64,000 nt of DNA from positions 133,236-197,235 of the forward strand of contig NW_005434609.1 of assembly GCF_000315625.1 (NCBI RefSeq), in the 5' to 3' direction. The notes under the pieces were generated by a model. The model saw only the letters and a list, made by a program, of their open reading frames with translations, did no database searches and was not told the DNA's origin. Position numbers and translations under genes: made by a program. Position 1 is the stretch's first letter; every line of letters starts with the position of its first letter. Of this stretch, positions 10,231-24,500 are shown piece after piece. The DNA comes from Guillardia theta CCMP2712 (Eukaryota > Protista > Cryptophyta).

Positions 10231-12873
10231 CCATACAACTCCTCAACATCTAACACATCACAGACATCAGACACAACCAGCACATCTTACACATCAAACA
10301 TGCCGACATCACAAGCATCAAACGCATTACACAGTGACATGTGGCTTTGCGATGTTTCTGGAATAGTCAATTGGCATTCTCCTATTGCTCTGTTCCCGGA
10401 TGTCATCGCTGTTGCAACAGGAGCAGCCATTGAGGAGAACCCATTCAAGTACAAGTCTATTGATGGAGGTTCGATCAGTGCGCCATATGCTACAATGGAG
10501 TTTCACTCGTATGACTTAGATGGGCATCTCATGACGCAGTATTCCCCAAATCTGGTCGAAGAAATCCTCGCAAAGGATCGAAAGTACGGCCGCGGTGTTC
10601 CTTACTCAATCATGGACACGGCAACGTGTAGATTTAATGACACTCAGAGCTTCCGAGTGGATTGCATTGCTACCACAAGCTATCTTGACTCTAGCGACTG
10701 GAAACTTGCGAATACTTCCACCGGATGCTACATCTTCAATGGCTCCAGCAATACGAGCAATCACATCAAACCTGATTTCTCCTTCCAAGATTTCAAAGGA
10801 TTGAAAGTTTTCCCCTTCTTCACCCAGCATGTGATGGATACCATTGACTTCCCCAATGCATCTGACTACACTCTTAATTGGAACTCTTCCACGGGTCAAG
10901 CCGCCGTTCAGAACGTCTTCTCACTTTACCCTTGCAATGCAGGGAGCAGCAATCAACCTCCAATGTTTGTTTCTGGATTCCCTTCACTCACAGAGCAAGT
11001 AACCAAAGTCTATAACCTCAGCATCGTGGACACGCATGCCATCAAGCTGTATGCAGCAGACTTTGTTCCAGGCTCTCGCACCCTTACAAGCAGCCAAGTC
11101 GTTGTAGATTATTATCCTGGGTTTCGGGCTAAACCTAGTGATCTCGTTCTTGTGCATTCTAGCCCGGGACTGGCAGAGTACGAGTACACGTTCCGCCCTT
11201 TGGATCACCTGGATTTGGTTGGAAATGGCCAACCCTCAAAGTTCAGGCAGAACGTGACAGTGATTTGTTTTGCGGCATATGATCTGGATGTGAACGGCAA
11301 GTACATGACCAACGCAACCTCCAAGACTTGTCCTTCGATGCCTCTCTGCATCAAAATTCACCTTTATGTTCCTGAGTATCATGTGATCCTCTCTTTTCAT
11401 TGATCGAGACTCTGTGTCTGATGTTTCATCCAGGATTGTTTCTTGTTCTATCCCAACATTCAGTGTTGGAACACCGTCGCCGAAACCGTGCCGGCAATGG
11501 TCGACCACGAGAAACTCCCTCCGAGGATGTTTAAACCCTCTGACTGGAGCTCCGTCCTGCTGCCAGAGCAGCCGAAGATAGTCTATGCTCGAGTCAACAT
11601 CAACTTTCGTTACACGTTTGTCGCGCTGGTACGCAGCAGTTCTTCTCTGTGACATCAAACAGCGCTGACTGCCTGCAGATGCCAAATCCGAACCAGAACC
11701 AGATAGAGCTCTTCATCTCCAGCCCAACCTCAGCCAACCCTCCTGGGATGAAGTTCTTGCAGAGGTCCTGCGTCAACTTCGAGCAGAACTGGACATCGTG
11801 TCGAGGACAGACAGACCTTGTCTTTCGTAGCGGCATCAATGTTGATTATCCCTCATCGTCCTGCGGCAGGTTTGACGGCACCATTGAATGGTTCCCCCAG
11901 CCCTTCAATGCTGGCAAGTCTTACCAGGTCTGTGCGACCCCCATGGTCTCATCGCATTCGTGCTTGAACACTTGGCTGAACCAGCAGCGTTGCATCGTCA
12001 TCCAAGTGATGGACGTGCGGGTGAGGTGGGGAGGATTCTTTCAGGACCATTACCTGTCAGACTTCACAACATCCGCGTTCATCGGCTGCACCAAGAAGTG
12101 GAACATCACTGTGCAGAACCTCAACATGGACAGCACGGGCCCAAATTATCCCTTGTTGGTTTACCTCCAAAACATCTCGATCGACGCCAAGGATGCCGTG
12201 AAGGAAGGCCCTGCCTACACGTTCTCATGGACTCCGACGTTTGACATGGCGGGAAAGTCGCTGGACATGTGTTTTGCGGCGATCGACACACTTGGGATCC
12301 TGGGGAACGCAAGGCCGCTGCTGTGCAAGGGAGGGGGGAACAACTTGTATGGGTGTACAACAGACTTTGACTGTCCGGATGGTGTTTGCCAGAGTGCCTG
12401 CATCCACCTACGAGTTCAGAAGTGTCAATATTGCATTCAAACCATGACGAGCTTGGAGCTGCTGGCTGACACGATCCAGCCCAGGACTGACTGGATGAGA
12501 TTATGGGCGTTGAATTCTTACCAAGGGAAGACTTATGCAGCGGGGAACATCGTCGGGATTCAATTCCTTCCGCAACTTTATCCCCAGATAAGTATCGACG
12601 ATCCTGGTTTCATCACGCCTACTGCCTACGATCAAGGTCGAGTCCTCTCATTCGGCGTGTTGTACCGCCCTGGTCTTGATCAGTCCATCGCTGACTTGGC
12701 CGTGAGGTAAGTCATTGCTATGTTGTAAGTCATATGTGACTGACGTTGTTGTGAACAGATTCAGGACAACCGTGAAAGCGATTCTTACTTTGAATCCTGA
12801 CATAGAAGCAAGCATGCTCGTCATTCCAGCCAACCAACTCCTCTGTCTGCAGCCGTGTTCTACGTGGTACTGA
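9325..12873 (+). CDS. Large secreted Cys-rich multidomain protein with C-terminal LysM-like domains
   Basis: Signal peptide MNIARLFILACYLDLTCS. ORFs 9325..11403, 11443..11652 and 11649..12710 are joined by short introns. The last exon (12759..12873) gives YRPGLDQSIADLAVRFRTTVKAILTLNPDI...LCLQPC, a LysM pattern; a second degenerate LysM is YCIQTMTSLELLADT...WMRLWALN. Poly-Ser from (TCA)n near 10195-10230. Confidence 0.75.
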
Positions 12874-13089
12874 CGCCACCCTCCCACTCTCTTCCTCCCC
12901 GTACATTACCTGTCTATTGTGAAATACTCAAGAATGAACAACTCTGAACAAGATCCTGCTGTCTCCTTCCTTCCTCCTGCTGTTGGCTTCAAGTTCCACC
13001 ATGAGAGCGTGAAGCTCCAGTGTGGAGAAAGTTGCTCCGACACAGTCTATTTACATGATGCGAGTGCGCCTCAGGTTACCTGAGCAGTC

Positions 13090-15409
13090 ATGGTGGAGGG
13101 GAGCCTGAGGGCGAGGGCGGCGGGAAGCATGGCAGAGCTGATGAGGAGGGTGGTGAGGGCAGCAGAGGAGGGAGGGAGAGGAGACGATGGTGAGAGGAGG
13201 GGAGAGAAGGATGGCAACGAGGACAGGGAAAGCTCCTCCTCCCTGCCAGCGGAGGATGAGGGCGCCGTTGAGACATGGCTCTCCCTTGCCCACTCGGTCG
13301 CACCATTGTGCCAGCTCGCGGCTGTGGCGAAGAACGAGGTGGTGGTGATGGGATCTCTGAAGACGAGCAGCGACATGGTGCGGTCACCTGTGCCCTCCCG
13401 CTCATCACCCTCTGTAACGACTTCCTTACTTGCTCTTGCTCGGGTTCAGCAGGTAGTTGTACATGGGTCGGATGAGATCAAAGTCATACAGTGGGTTGAG
13501 ATTGTGCAGATTGCAAACAACACCAGAAGCACTCAGGTGGCTGCGTGAGATGCTGGTGAACGTCCTCACTCCCGGTGACAGGCTTTCCTCTTCGTTGGTT
13601 GTCAAACGGGACTTGTCATTGTGTACGACAGGGCAGGAAAAGTTTGTTTCCAGCAGGTAGCTTCTCAAGTCAGAGGACGATGAAGGTGATGAGCTTGCAG
13701 CAATTCCACGATAGCTGCGTTCAAGCTTTCAAGGCAAGAGGAGGTAACCCGCAGTCTGGACCCGCAAAACGCGCTGACTGAGCTGCAAGGGGAAACAACC
13801 ATGGACTGCACGCAAGACTTTCTCATCATCTACAGCGACAACATCATCGTCCGTCTTGACGCCTCCTCCCTCATCTCCACCTTCATCAATCAGTCGGTGG
13901 GCCTCTTCCTTCTCCCCTCCGCCACCTCCTTGTTGCCCAGGTCCCTTCCCCTCCCCCCCCCCTCCACTCGCTCCCTCCAAGTTGAGATCCGGTCCTCCAG
14001 GGACGGCTCGATGCCTGCAAGTGGAAATTTACAGATCGATCCTCGGTAAACGATGCCGTCTGCTGCGGCCTCGACGCACAGGTGAACATCAAGGGATGTT
14101 GAGGGGGTTGACAGTTGTTCAGGCACAGACTTCCGACTTCTGGGGAGCTCTCTACTACAAGGTCCTGGTTGCTGGCCACTCGCCGTGTCTGTCTGTGTAT
14201 GCGGCATGCGATGAAAGTGAAGTCTGAATGGCATACTTGTCGGCGGCTCACGTGGCTGCAGAGAACTCGTACAGTGCGAAGGAGGTGCTGTCCAAGTTGA
14301 CGTCAGCTGCCTTCTCGGTAGCGAAGAACTTGCTGTGGGGGAGTTCCAGCAACGAGGAGAAGAAAGAAGTGAGCAAGGACGAGAGCAACTTTGCAAAGAG
14401 TGCTCGAGCGTTCGATGCCTTCGAGGATCCTAAGGTGCTGCTTCCCAAGTCTTGACGAAGATCGCAATGACGGTTTGAAATGTGCAGAGAACCGTCAGAA
14501 GCTTGTTTCTTGATCCGTCGGGTCGATTGTGCGCGGCTAGTGACAACCTCGGACGGGTTGGTGGTGCCGTTCTGTTGACTTGAGGCTCATGGTGGAGGAT
14601 CAGGTGCTCTTGGTGGATGTTGAGGAGATGACGATCTTGAGGGTGTGGAAGGTCAGCCCCTCAAGCCTGCTGGCAACTCGTCTGATCTCTCTGTCAGGGG
14701 TATCGTGAGGCTCAGACGGCCTGGACGTGTTTGGTGGACGGGGGCGAGAGAGACGACGTCAGGCATGCGGAGTCTTCTACCTCCTCCTTGACATCGGAAA
14801 GGGAAACGTCAAAGACTCGTGAGCATTGAAGGGCATGATGGTGGGAGGGATTAATGTCGTCATCGCCAGCAGCTGCCACAGAGGAGTCGGCAGATCAAGG
14901 GCTCAGCGTGAAGGCTGGCGACCTGTGCTTGTTCTTGTACGCGCCGAGGTGAGAGAACTTGGAGATGGCAACATGGAACGAGTTGACGAGTGCGTTATGA
15001 AGGAGACGAATACTTGAAGTCTGGCATAACAGGAGCGGACATCGGATCGCGGTGGAGAGGCTTCACGTCTGTGTGGTTTCCTCTGGTGCGGTTCCTGACA
15101 TGACTGCTGCAGCATACGACCCGTATCCTCCCTATCGCGATCTTCTACGATCAGGACGGCAGCAGCGTCATCGACTCGGAGGCAACAGAGAATGTCAGTC
15201 TGTCTGTCGATGTGTGTTGGTCGTTGCCATGACCCATCTCTTGACTTCGTGCTGTCAATCGCTCGGTTGAAACCTTCCTCTGACGTTTCTCCTCCTCGCA
15301 GCCTTCGGTACCGGCGACGCCTGGAAGGGAGGGGAGGAGGATGGAGCTGGTGACGTTGGACTCGAGGGGGGATGTGGTCTGCTGGTGGGTAGAAAGAAAG
15401 GTGAACTAA
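13090..15409 (+). CDS. RAB3GAP2: Rab3 GTPase-activating protein non-catalytic subunit-like (N-terminal beta-propeller only), multi-exon
   Basis: Spliced exons read FEDPK..LFLDPSGRLCAASDNLGR|VLLVDVEEMTILRVWK|GYREAQTAW and LVLYAPR, matching RAB3GAP2_N hallmark motifs (DxLGRV, WKGYRxAQ, YAPRRG). The 3' end is approximate. Confidence 0.8.
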
Positions 15410-15550
15410 CACAAGAGTGAGAACAAACACGAGCTGGTCAATCATCGATTTGACATCAGATTCAACGGCAGCAGTCTCTGATTTCACCGCCTCCCCTCTG
15501 CCTGTACCTCTCAGCTCGCCTCCCTCCTTGACCCCACGTCGTTCTCAGCT

Positions 15551-18500
15551 CTACGTTGACACCCAGGTGTAGTCCGGCGGGTTGGTCATGCCGTACACGC
15601 TCCTGCCCCAGCAGTGCGCCCGATAGTCCAGCCCGATGCCGCAGGAGTGGAACAGCCCTGACACGACGCCTCGCCAGGAGGGTACATCCTGTCAACAGCT
15701 TGTCAAACTCGGCAAGCGTCAGCCGCCTCCCACTCACCTGGGGGTAGCCGAGAGCCCCGTCCTGGTTCGATCCCCAGCAGCGGAGAGCTCCCGACGAGGA
15801 GACGCCGCAAGTGTGGAAGCGACCGACCGCCAGGTTGCTCCATGAGGACACGTCTTTGGGGACGGCGGTGGCGCCGTACATGGTCGACCCCCAGCAGAGC
15901 GCTTGACCGCTCGCGAGGATGCCGCAGGAGTGGTAGTGCCCAGCTGACGTCATCCTCCAGCTGACGGAGCCTGTCTGAGGCGGGACCGCGGACTGGCCGT
16001 AGAGGTTGTCACCCCAGCACAGGGCCTCCCCGTCGGTCGTCACGCCGCACGAGTGGAACTGCCCAGCTGAGATCTGCTTCCACGTCCTGCCTGGGGGAGG
16101 AGAGCTCTGCTTGTACGAGTCGTCGCCCCAGCAGAGTGCCAGCTCGTTCATGATCCCGCACGAGTGGTGGTAGCCAGCTGAGCTGGAGATGGCGGTCCAC
16201 CTCATGGTCGTGTTGAACACGATCGGGACCTTGGTTTGCTGCGCGTAGTCCTGGCCCCAGCAGTAAGCTGAGAAGTTGCTGGCGATGCCGCAGGTGAAGA
16301 AGCTCCCAGCTGAGATATGGTTCCACGTTATGTTCTTGCGAACCTGCAGGGCTACTCCGAACTCCTCGATCGTCTGCTCATCGTGTATGACGGACGTTTG
16401 CCTGCGGAAAGTGATCAGTCAGCAACAAGTCGAGGCAGCGGGAGAGGAGGAGGGCTTACCCGAAGTCGTCGAACCCCCAGCACTCCGCCCATCCCCCCGT
16501 CGTGATGCCGCATGTGTGAAAGCCGCCTGTGCTCAACCCGAAGGAGCTCCAGCAGTCGCTGATTGACGAAGAGCCTCTTGTGCTGGTATTGGTTCCCAAC
16601 GGGCAGCTCACGCAGCCCGTTGACCTCGTCTGATCCTGGTACTTCCCGTAGTCACACTGCAGGCACAGGTCTTGGGAGCCGAGACTCAGGCCTGTCTTGC
16701 TGTAAGTCCCCGTGGGGCAGAAATCGAAGCACATGTCTTGAACGCTGGCTCCTATCCCAGCAGTTCCCCTCCCCACCGGGCAGTTCAAGCAGCTGCAGTC
16801 TGACCTGCAGTCCCCGGACGACTGGGCGCAGTACTGGAACGTGTCCTGAGGACAGGGGGTGCAAGGACTGTACTGGTCAGGGCTGATGTAGCCGAGGGGG
16901 CAGAGCGAGCGGATGTAGAGAGGATATGAAGCGATGAAGCTGTTGCTTACACCGACATTGGCGGTGAACATCTCGACTGTTGAGTTCTCAGAGAGGGTCA
17001 ACTGCTGATCGGTGTAAAGGATCCAGCTAGTGCTGTTGTAGACGGGCGTCGAGGTGCTCCCGGTGCTGTAGGAGACTGCGGGCCAGCCAGCGGCGCCAGT
17101 CGTTACCCTGTAGTAGGTCAAAGAGGACGGGGAGGAAGGTATGATTCGAAAGGTAGGGTTGGACGGACAGACTCCAACGTTGAAGACAGTCGGGTACTGA
17201 AACCCATCGGTGACGTCAAACGGGAGTAGATTGGTCTTGCAGTCCATGGCCTCCGTGTTGCAGATGACTTGTAGCGTGGGAGATACCTCCTGAATGACGA
17301 TGAGGCTATGGCTGATCGTAGAGTTCTCGAGGTTTGGAGCGACAGCACACCAGGAAACGTTTACGGTCTTCGTAACTGTCACTGTCTGCCCTTGACGCAA
17401 CCAAGTTCCCTTGAGGAAGGGATTAGACCCGTCAAGAGTGTAGAAGACTTTGACGGTGTCGAAGGAGACGGAGAAGTTGAACTGGACTGGGGAGATGAAA
17501 GCTCCGTTGAGGAAGGTCGAGTTGGCAGGGTCGGTGACTAGCACGGGACTTTCCGTCTGCAACCTGTAGTAGGCAACGGTGACGTTGCTGTCAGCCAGTG
17601 TGCCGGACTGAGAGTATGCCGTTAGGAAAGTCCTGGATCCCCAGCCGATGGAAGAGTTGAGGATGACGTTGCTAGTGAAGAGAGTTGCCCTTGCGGGCCA
17701 CTCGTTTGCGTAACACTCTCGCACATCCCTGTAAGTCACCACACAGGTTGAGTTCTCCCCGCATGTCACGTTGTCAAATTCTCCTTCGCACGCCACTCCG
17801 CTCACGAGGCCCCCGACGCACTTTCCGAGGCAAGAAGGGTAGCAGGCGTCAGCTGGGATTTGCAGCTCCTCGCCTATCGAGATCGTTCGCAGGGAAGGAA
17901 ACTCGTCAAACTTGCATAGGGTGAAGTACGTCTGAGCGTCTGGGGTCAAACTCTGCAGGGAGAGGCTGACAGCGTCTATGTAGAGCCCTTGAGCTGGGGT
18001 GACCTCTGGGGGGCTGACCTGGAGGTTGTAAGTGGCCTGCACGACCTGACTCGGGTTGGAACCGGGGATGGTGACGTAAGCAGTGACGTTGCCAGACTGC
18101 ACGAGGCGGATGGGAGCTTGATAGACGAGGAAGGGCTGAGAGGTCGACGTGGCAAATTGACCGTCGAGCTCGACGCGATACCTGATCTCAGCATCGGGAG
18201 AAAAGGACTCGATGGTGACGAGGAGCGGGGAGATGAAGTACTTCCGAGACGTGTAGAGAGGAGAGATGACTGGAGGGACGGACTGAACGTACAGTAGCTG
18301 CTGCGTCTCGTTGAGACGGTAACCCCACTTGTACGACGTGGCGACCACTTGAGCGTTCTGTGTGACGTTGAAAGGGCCAGTGTAAGTCAGTCCAGAAACC
18401 TCGAGGCTGGAGAAGGTCTCGAACGCCGGAGTGGTTCCGTCCAAGGAGAAGAAGACGACGATGTCAGGGTCGACTGTCTCAAAGGTGACCTCGACGAACG

Positions 18501-21500
18501 TCAAGTACTCCAGCAAGGTCTTGCTCGATGACCGCGTACCCCGCAGCACGATCCTTGGTGAAGGAGCTACAGGCGTCGAGGGGTCGAGGCAGTGGAAGTC
18601 TCCCACCCTGTCTCGGAACTTCCCGCATCCTCCGTTGTCACCCTGGTAGCAGACGGTAGACACGCCGCAAGAGCACGTTGAAACGCAGCAGTCGCCGCTG
18701 TCAAACCCGCACTCGGGGTTGTTGTTGACAGCGTCGCAGTAGCCGTCGGCGTACCAGTCAGCACGGCAGGGGACGGCGATGAAGGAGGAGGAGAGCTGCT
18801 TGTCTTGCTCCCACGTCCCATCCTGCTTGAACCTCCAGTCCGCACAGGTCTGCGTGAGCCCGACAGGGTTGCAAGGAGGGTCCGAGCACTGAGCGCCTGT
18901 GAAGCGGATCGGAGGGCAGACCTCGCAGTAGGAGCCCTTCCCTTGCGGCTGAACCCTACAGGAGCCTCCCGAGGGTGTCATGTAGCAATCAGCCGCAATG
19001 CACTGGAAGCCAGCTTCTATCAGACACTGAGCGTTACAGCCATCGCCGTTGATGTTATTCATGTCATCACAAGCCTCCTTCCCTGCTATGATCCCGTCCC
19101 CACAGTTGGTGCTGCACAGTCCGTTGTCAGCACACACATACCCGCTCTCCAGCCTGCAGAACTGGTCGCATCCGTCGCCTGACTTGGTGTTCCCGTCATC
19201 ACACTGCTCAGCTGCAACTCGAACGCCATCAGCGCAGATCCCGTAGCAGAGGCTGGTCGTGTGGTTGGTGACGTGCAGGTTGTCCGCGCAGATCCAGCCG
19301 CTCTCCACCAGACAGGAGGAGCTACATCCGTCTCCATCGCGAGTGTTGCCATCATCACAGTCCTCCTGCTGGACTCGCACGCCATCACCGCAGACAGCCT
19401 CGCACCTTCCTCCGAGCAACCGATCGTGATCGTCGTACAAGCACACGAAGCCCTGCTCGAGCTTGCATTCTGACGTGCATCCGTCGCCCGCCGGGTCACT
19501 CCACATCCCGTCATCGCACTCCTCGTAGCCTGACACTCTCACCCCGTCCCCGCACAAGGGTGAACACTCGTCCTTGTATCCTCCGTCAGCTTGTATGCAG
19601 ATCCATCCCACCTCGACCGCGCACATGTCTGAGCAGCCGTCACCGGAGATTGTGTTGTTGTCATCGCACTGTTCCGATGAGGACCGCACTCCGTCCCCGC
19701 ATACGCTCTTGCACTTGTCATCGTCAGGAAGGTCGACAAGGGAGATGTTGGCTGACTGAAAGAACGCTTCTGAAGGAGACAGCACGTCTGTGTAGATCAG
19801 GCCGCAAATCTTCTCGGAGTTTCCATAGGTGGGGTTGCAAACTCCAGACAGGCAGATCGCCGTTGTATTCAGGCACACATCACCGCCCTCAACGCACGTC
19901 CACACACTTGCAGAATTTGACAAGCAGCAAGTCCCCGTCGCGATCACGTTCAGACAGCTTCCAGGTGTGATGGTCATGTTCGCAAACGCCCCTCTCCCTC
20001 CTTGCGCACAGTAGAAGCCGACCTCCTCCTGACAGCTCGAGCTGCATCCGTCCATGCTGCGAGTGTTGCTGTCGTCGCATCTCTCCTTCAACGTCCGGAT
20101 CCCGTCACCGCACTTGGCCGAGCAGACCGAGCGAGGGCTCTGCTGATCCCCAGCAGCAAGGGGGTCAGAGTCGCACTCCCACCCGAGAGATCTCTCAACC
20201 CGACAGGTCGAGCTGCAGCCATCGTGGTCGACCGCATTCCCGTCGTCGCACTCGTTGAGGTTATTCATCGGGGAGATGTAGCCCTGGTAGGAGAGCAACA
20301 GCCCGTCGCCACATGTCTCATTACAGACGCTCCTTTGGCCGCTGACGATGCAAGTGAAGTGCTCCTCGATCGTGCACTTGTCCGAGCATCCGTCGCCGTT
20401 GAGCAGGTTCCCGTCGTCGCACTCGTCCATCATGGTCTTGATCCCATCCCCGCAGATCGAGGTGCAGTTTGTCAGGTCGGCCGAGCACACGAAGTTTGCT
20501 TCTAGGGTGCAGTTGGAGCTGCAGCCGTCCCCGCTGATCCTGTTCCCGTCATCGCACTCCTCCCTCCCTCGAACAAGATGGTCGCCGCACACCGTGATCA
20601 GCTCACACCCTGCCCTGCAGTACGACTTCTCTGTCTCAGGGTTCGTCTCGTTGCAGCTCTCCGGGCAGTACCATCCGCTCTCGATGGTACACACGTCTGA
20701 GCAGCCGTCCTTAGTCTCGCATGTCTCGTTTCCGATGATCTCCCGGTCCCCACAGATGGTCGAGCACACCGAGTAGAAGGTGTTCACGCACCTGTACCCG
20801 AACTCCTCCTGACACGTCGAGTTACAACCATCTCCTCCTACCGTGTTCCCATCGTCGCACGTTTCACCGTACACTCTCATCCCATCCCCACACTTGTACC
20901 GAGGGTGCCCGTCGCTGTTCGCAACAAACCCGGCCTCCACAGTGCACAACGAGCTACAGCCGTCCCCTCCCACATAGTTCCCGTCGTCGCACGTCTCCCC
21001 ACCTGTCATCTTCGAGTCCCCGCAAACTCGAAACGGGACCCTCTCGTCCAGCTGGTCCGTCAGCACGAAGGAAGTGCAGACGCTGTACACCGACGTCCTG
21101 TCCGTCACGCATCGCAAGCAGATGGAGTTCTCCGACCACAGCCCCACCCCCCCCTCGTCGCACGTGCTCTGGTTGTCCCGAGCTCGGAAGCAAAAGTCTC
21201 GCTCGACCCCGTCGGCCGGCACTCTCCATCGGAACCGCCGCCGGGCCACGTAGCGGTTGACAACTTCTCTGCCCGACACCACCTGCTGGAGCTCGTGCAG
21301 CAGCGGCCCGACGTCTGCCATGTAGTCCGAGTTGGCGCTGGTGAGGAAGATGTCGACGTTGTCCTCATGGTTCCTGTCCATGGCCGCCAGGGTGAAGTCG
21401 AAGAGCGAGTCAGCGAGGACGAGGAACCTTTCGTTGGGGTCCAAGGGGGAGGGGTCGACGAACTGAGGCCTGTCGCAGACGTTGATCTCCACAGTCCTAA

Positions 21501-24500
21501 TGCAAGTGTGATGTAGAACTTCGTGAGACCGGAGAGAAGCGTTGGTAGCGACCTCCGAACCTTGATAAGAGACGAGGAACTTGGGGAACCAGGAGACGGA
21601 CGACCAAACTAACGACCTGCTGACCACATTCTTTTGGTTGAGGGTTGGCACAGAGGAGATGGTGACTGAGCTGCCGCAAACTTGAAGCTCGTTGAAAATC
21701 AAGGGGTCGTCAAGCTGGAGCGAGAACATGTTCTCGGTGATGTAGACATCTGGTGGGCGAGAGCTCGAGGTGAAGTTGATGTCAAGGTGGAGCTTGTTGA
21801 GGGGGAAAGTATTCTTGTCTTCCATGCTCACAGTCAAGATGAAGGTAGAGCCAACCTTGAGGTAGTACGCGGGGACGGTATCAGCGTCGGAGCAGAGGAC
21901 TGGAGTAGGGTTGATAAAGTTCGGAGGGAAATTTTCCTGCTGGTAGACCGTGATGGGCTGAGATACCACTGAGATGTTCGTTCCCTCGACGGAGAAGGAG
22001 AAGAAGACCTTGCCGATGGTACAGAGACTGATCCTGACCATGACCTGATTGAAGGTTGCGACTCCATCACTTGCTGTTGTGGCTGAGATCTGATTGACCT
22101 GATCGTCCATCGTGATGGACGTACCGTCCTCTTGGAAAGCTTTCGCGGTCACGTGCATGCCCGAGACGTTCAGGCAGAAGTCGAGGAAGCAGTTGCGGAC
22201 AGAGACGCGAAAGTTTGACGTGAAAGGGATCAGGTTGTATCCTTGCAGAGGCTGGTCGATGATGTCGATGCGATACTTAGGATCTGACAACATCTCTTCC
22301 TGCAGGCTCCAAGAAGTGATAGAAAGACACTTCTGACACATGCACGGATAGAAGCAGGCGTTGGAGGTTGATGGCGAAGGAGGAGAGGAGGAAACGTTGC
22401 TGGAGTTGTTCGCACATGTTCCAAGGAGACATTGCAATGCATTGTTCTCACTTGAGATGTAAGATCCACAATCTCCACTGGTGCTCAACGTCCGTATCAC
22501 GTCAACAAACGGGTACTGCGCAACCTGCTCGTACGAGATGTAGAAGTTTGCAACTCCCAGCACGGTGACGTTTTCGGTGACATGAGTTGATAGTCGACCG
22601 TAACTTGAGCAGCACAGGTCGTCATAGAGGTAACTGTGACACGTCATCGCCCCTCGCACCATCGCTGAAACCTGGACGTCGGACGCCGTGACGACGTTAG
22701 AGAACCTGTCCTTGAGAGTCACTTGGAACAAGAATGCAGACAGTTTGTCCATCCTCGTCCAGCTCAAGTGAATCTGCGACGCTGAGGAAGGAGCAACGGT
22801 CACTGTCACGTTGTGGTTCACGGAGCTTGCGTGCGCTAGCGAGAATTGCAGAGTCCAGCTGGAGTTCGCCTGCTGCATGCTGACACCTGAGAAGGTCACA
22901 GAGCCGTTGATCGCTCGAGCTCTACTCAAGACTGTCTGGAACTGACAAGCATGATCGTGTTGACAGTTGCCGGAGTATAGCGAGAGAACGACAAGGGAGG
23001 AGCTGGCCAGCTGCCGGGGGAGGCCAGACGCATTGTTCATCAACAGGACATTGAAGCTCATGGAATCGCCTGCCTGAATGTGGCGCGCGGGAGATGAAAC
23101 GACAAGTCTGTCTACTCCAGGGAGGATTTCAACAGCGAGGCTCCTTCCCCTTATGCAGAACTCCTGATTGTCCGTGGTGTAACAGCTGATAGCTTCAAGA
23201 AAGTAGACGCCGGGTGATCCGACGGTGATGTTGAAAATGCTTGCTCTCCCTCTCAAGAAATCAGCCGTCACTTGTGTTTGTGCTTCTGTTATGACTGCTG
23301 TTGGCTGAGGGTGGAAACTGATATCGTTGGTCCATACGACTGTAACTTTCTCTTCGTATGAAGTCACGACATTTCCGAACTGGTCGAGTGCTGAGATAGA
23401 GGGTTGCCACGGGAAAGGTTCAGCAGCCAACGCGGACGGTTGAAGTTTGTCAAACACAATCTGAAGAACGAGTCAGAAGAAAAGCAAACTCACAAGGTTT
23501 GAGGCAGCAACTTCGTTCAAAACTAGACAGACAGAGAGACAGAGAGACAGCCAGGCAGGCAGACATGGAGTACATCGAAACAATTGAGAAGACCCATCGC
23601 TCATGTCAACAACAGACAATCTTGCCATCCACAACCGACGACCCTCTCTCAACTCACTTGAGTCGGCCATGCGTGTACGTTGACGTCATTCGACTCCGTG
23701 CTGACGGATCCGTCGGCAGACGCGAAAATCAGGCGGAAGCCTGCTCCTGGTTTGTTGAGAAAGATGTTCCTGAAAGCAACCGTCCGACCGAGCACGGGGA
23801 GCTGAAGGTCCCCAGAGAGAAAATTCTGAGAGGAACTCGCGGTTTGCATCCTGTAACTCCCGTAGAGTGATGACCTGAACTTCAACGGGATGTCACAACG
23901 ACTGGGACTTGTAATGGTAACGTGCAGGTCGACGTAGAGATAGTTCTCTCTCGCAAGCTCCGTCACGTTGAGCCGATGAACACAGCTGAAGTAGGAGAAG
24001 CAATCGACGTTTCTCCTCGGCACACAAACTTTGCGACCGCCCATCGACTTCAGCTGGTCGACAAAGGAAATTCCGTTGATGTCAAACCTGTCAATGTCTC
24101 CATCGTACGTAAAGTCAGCCCCAAGGATGCTGATGTCCATGAAAGCAAATTCAAGCTCGTCTAGCGGCGCGACGAAGTTCCTGTACCTCAACGTCAAAGC
24201 GCAACCTGCCATTGTACAGTCTTCCTCAAGATCTTGTTCGAAGATATTCACACCAACTCTCACAGACACCGAGCCTCGGTAGTCGTCGAGAGGCCAGCCG
24301 TCCGGGCCGTACAGTCCGATCACAGGGTGAGGCAGCAACAGCCCGAGGTCTGCCTCTGCTGCAGGTTGTTGCAGCACCTTCATCGCACTGAGTCTTCCCT
24401 CCACCTTGAGAGCATCCGAGGTCACTTCCATCCCCTCCGTCGACGTGAACTTGAGGGACAGGACGGCTCTCCTTGCGATGAGAAGGTCAGAAAACGTTGC

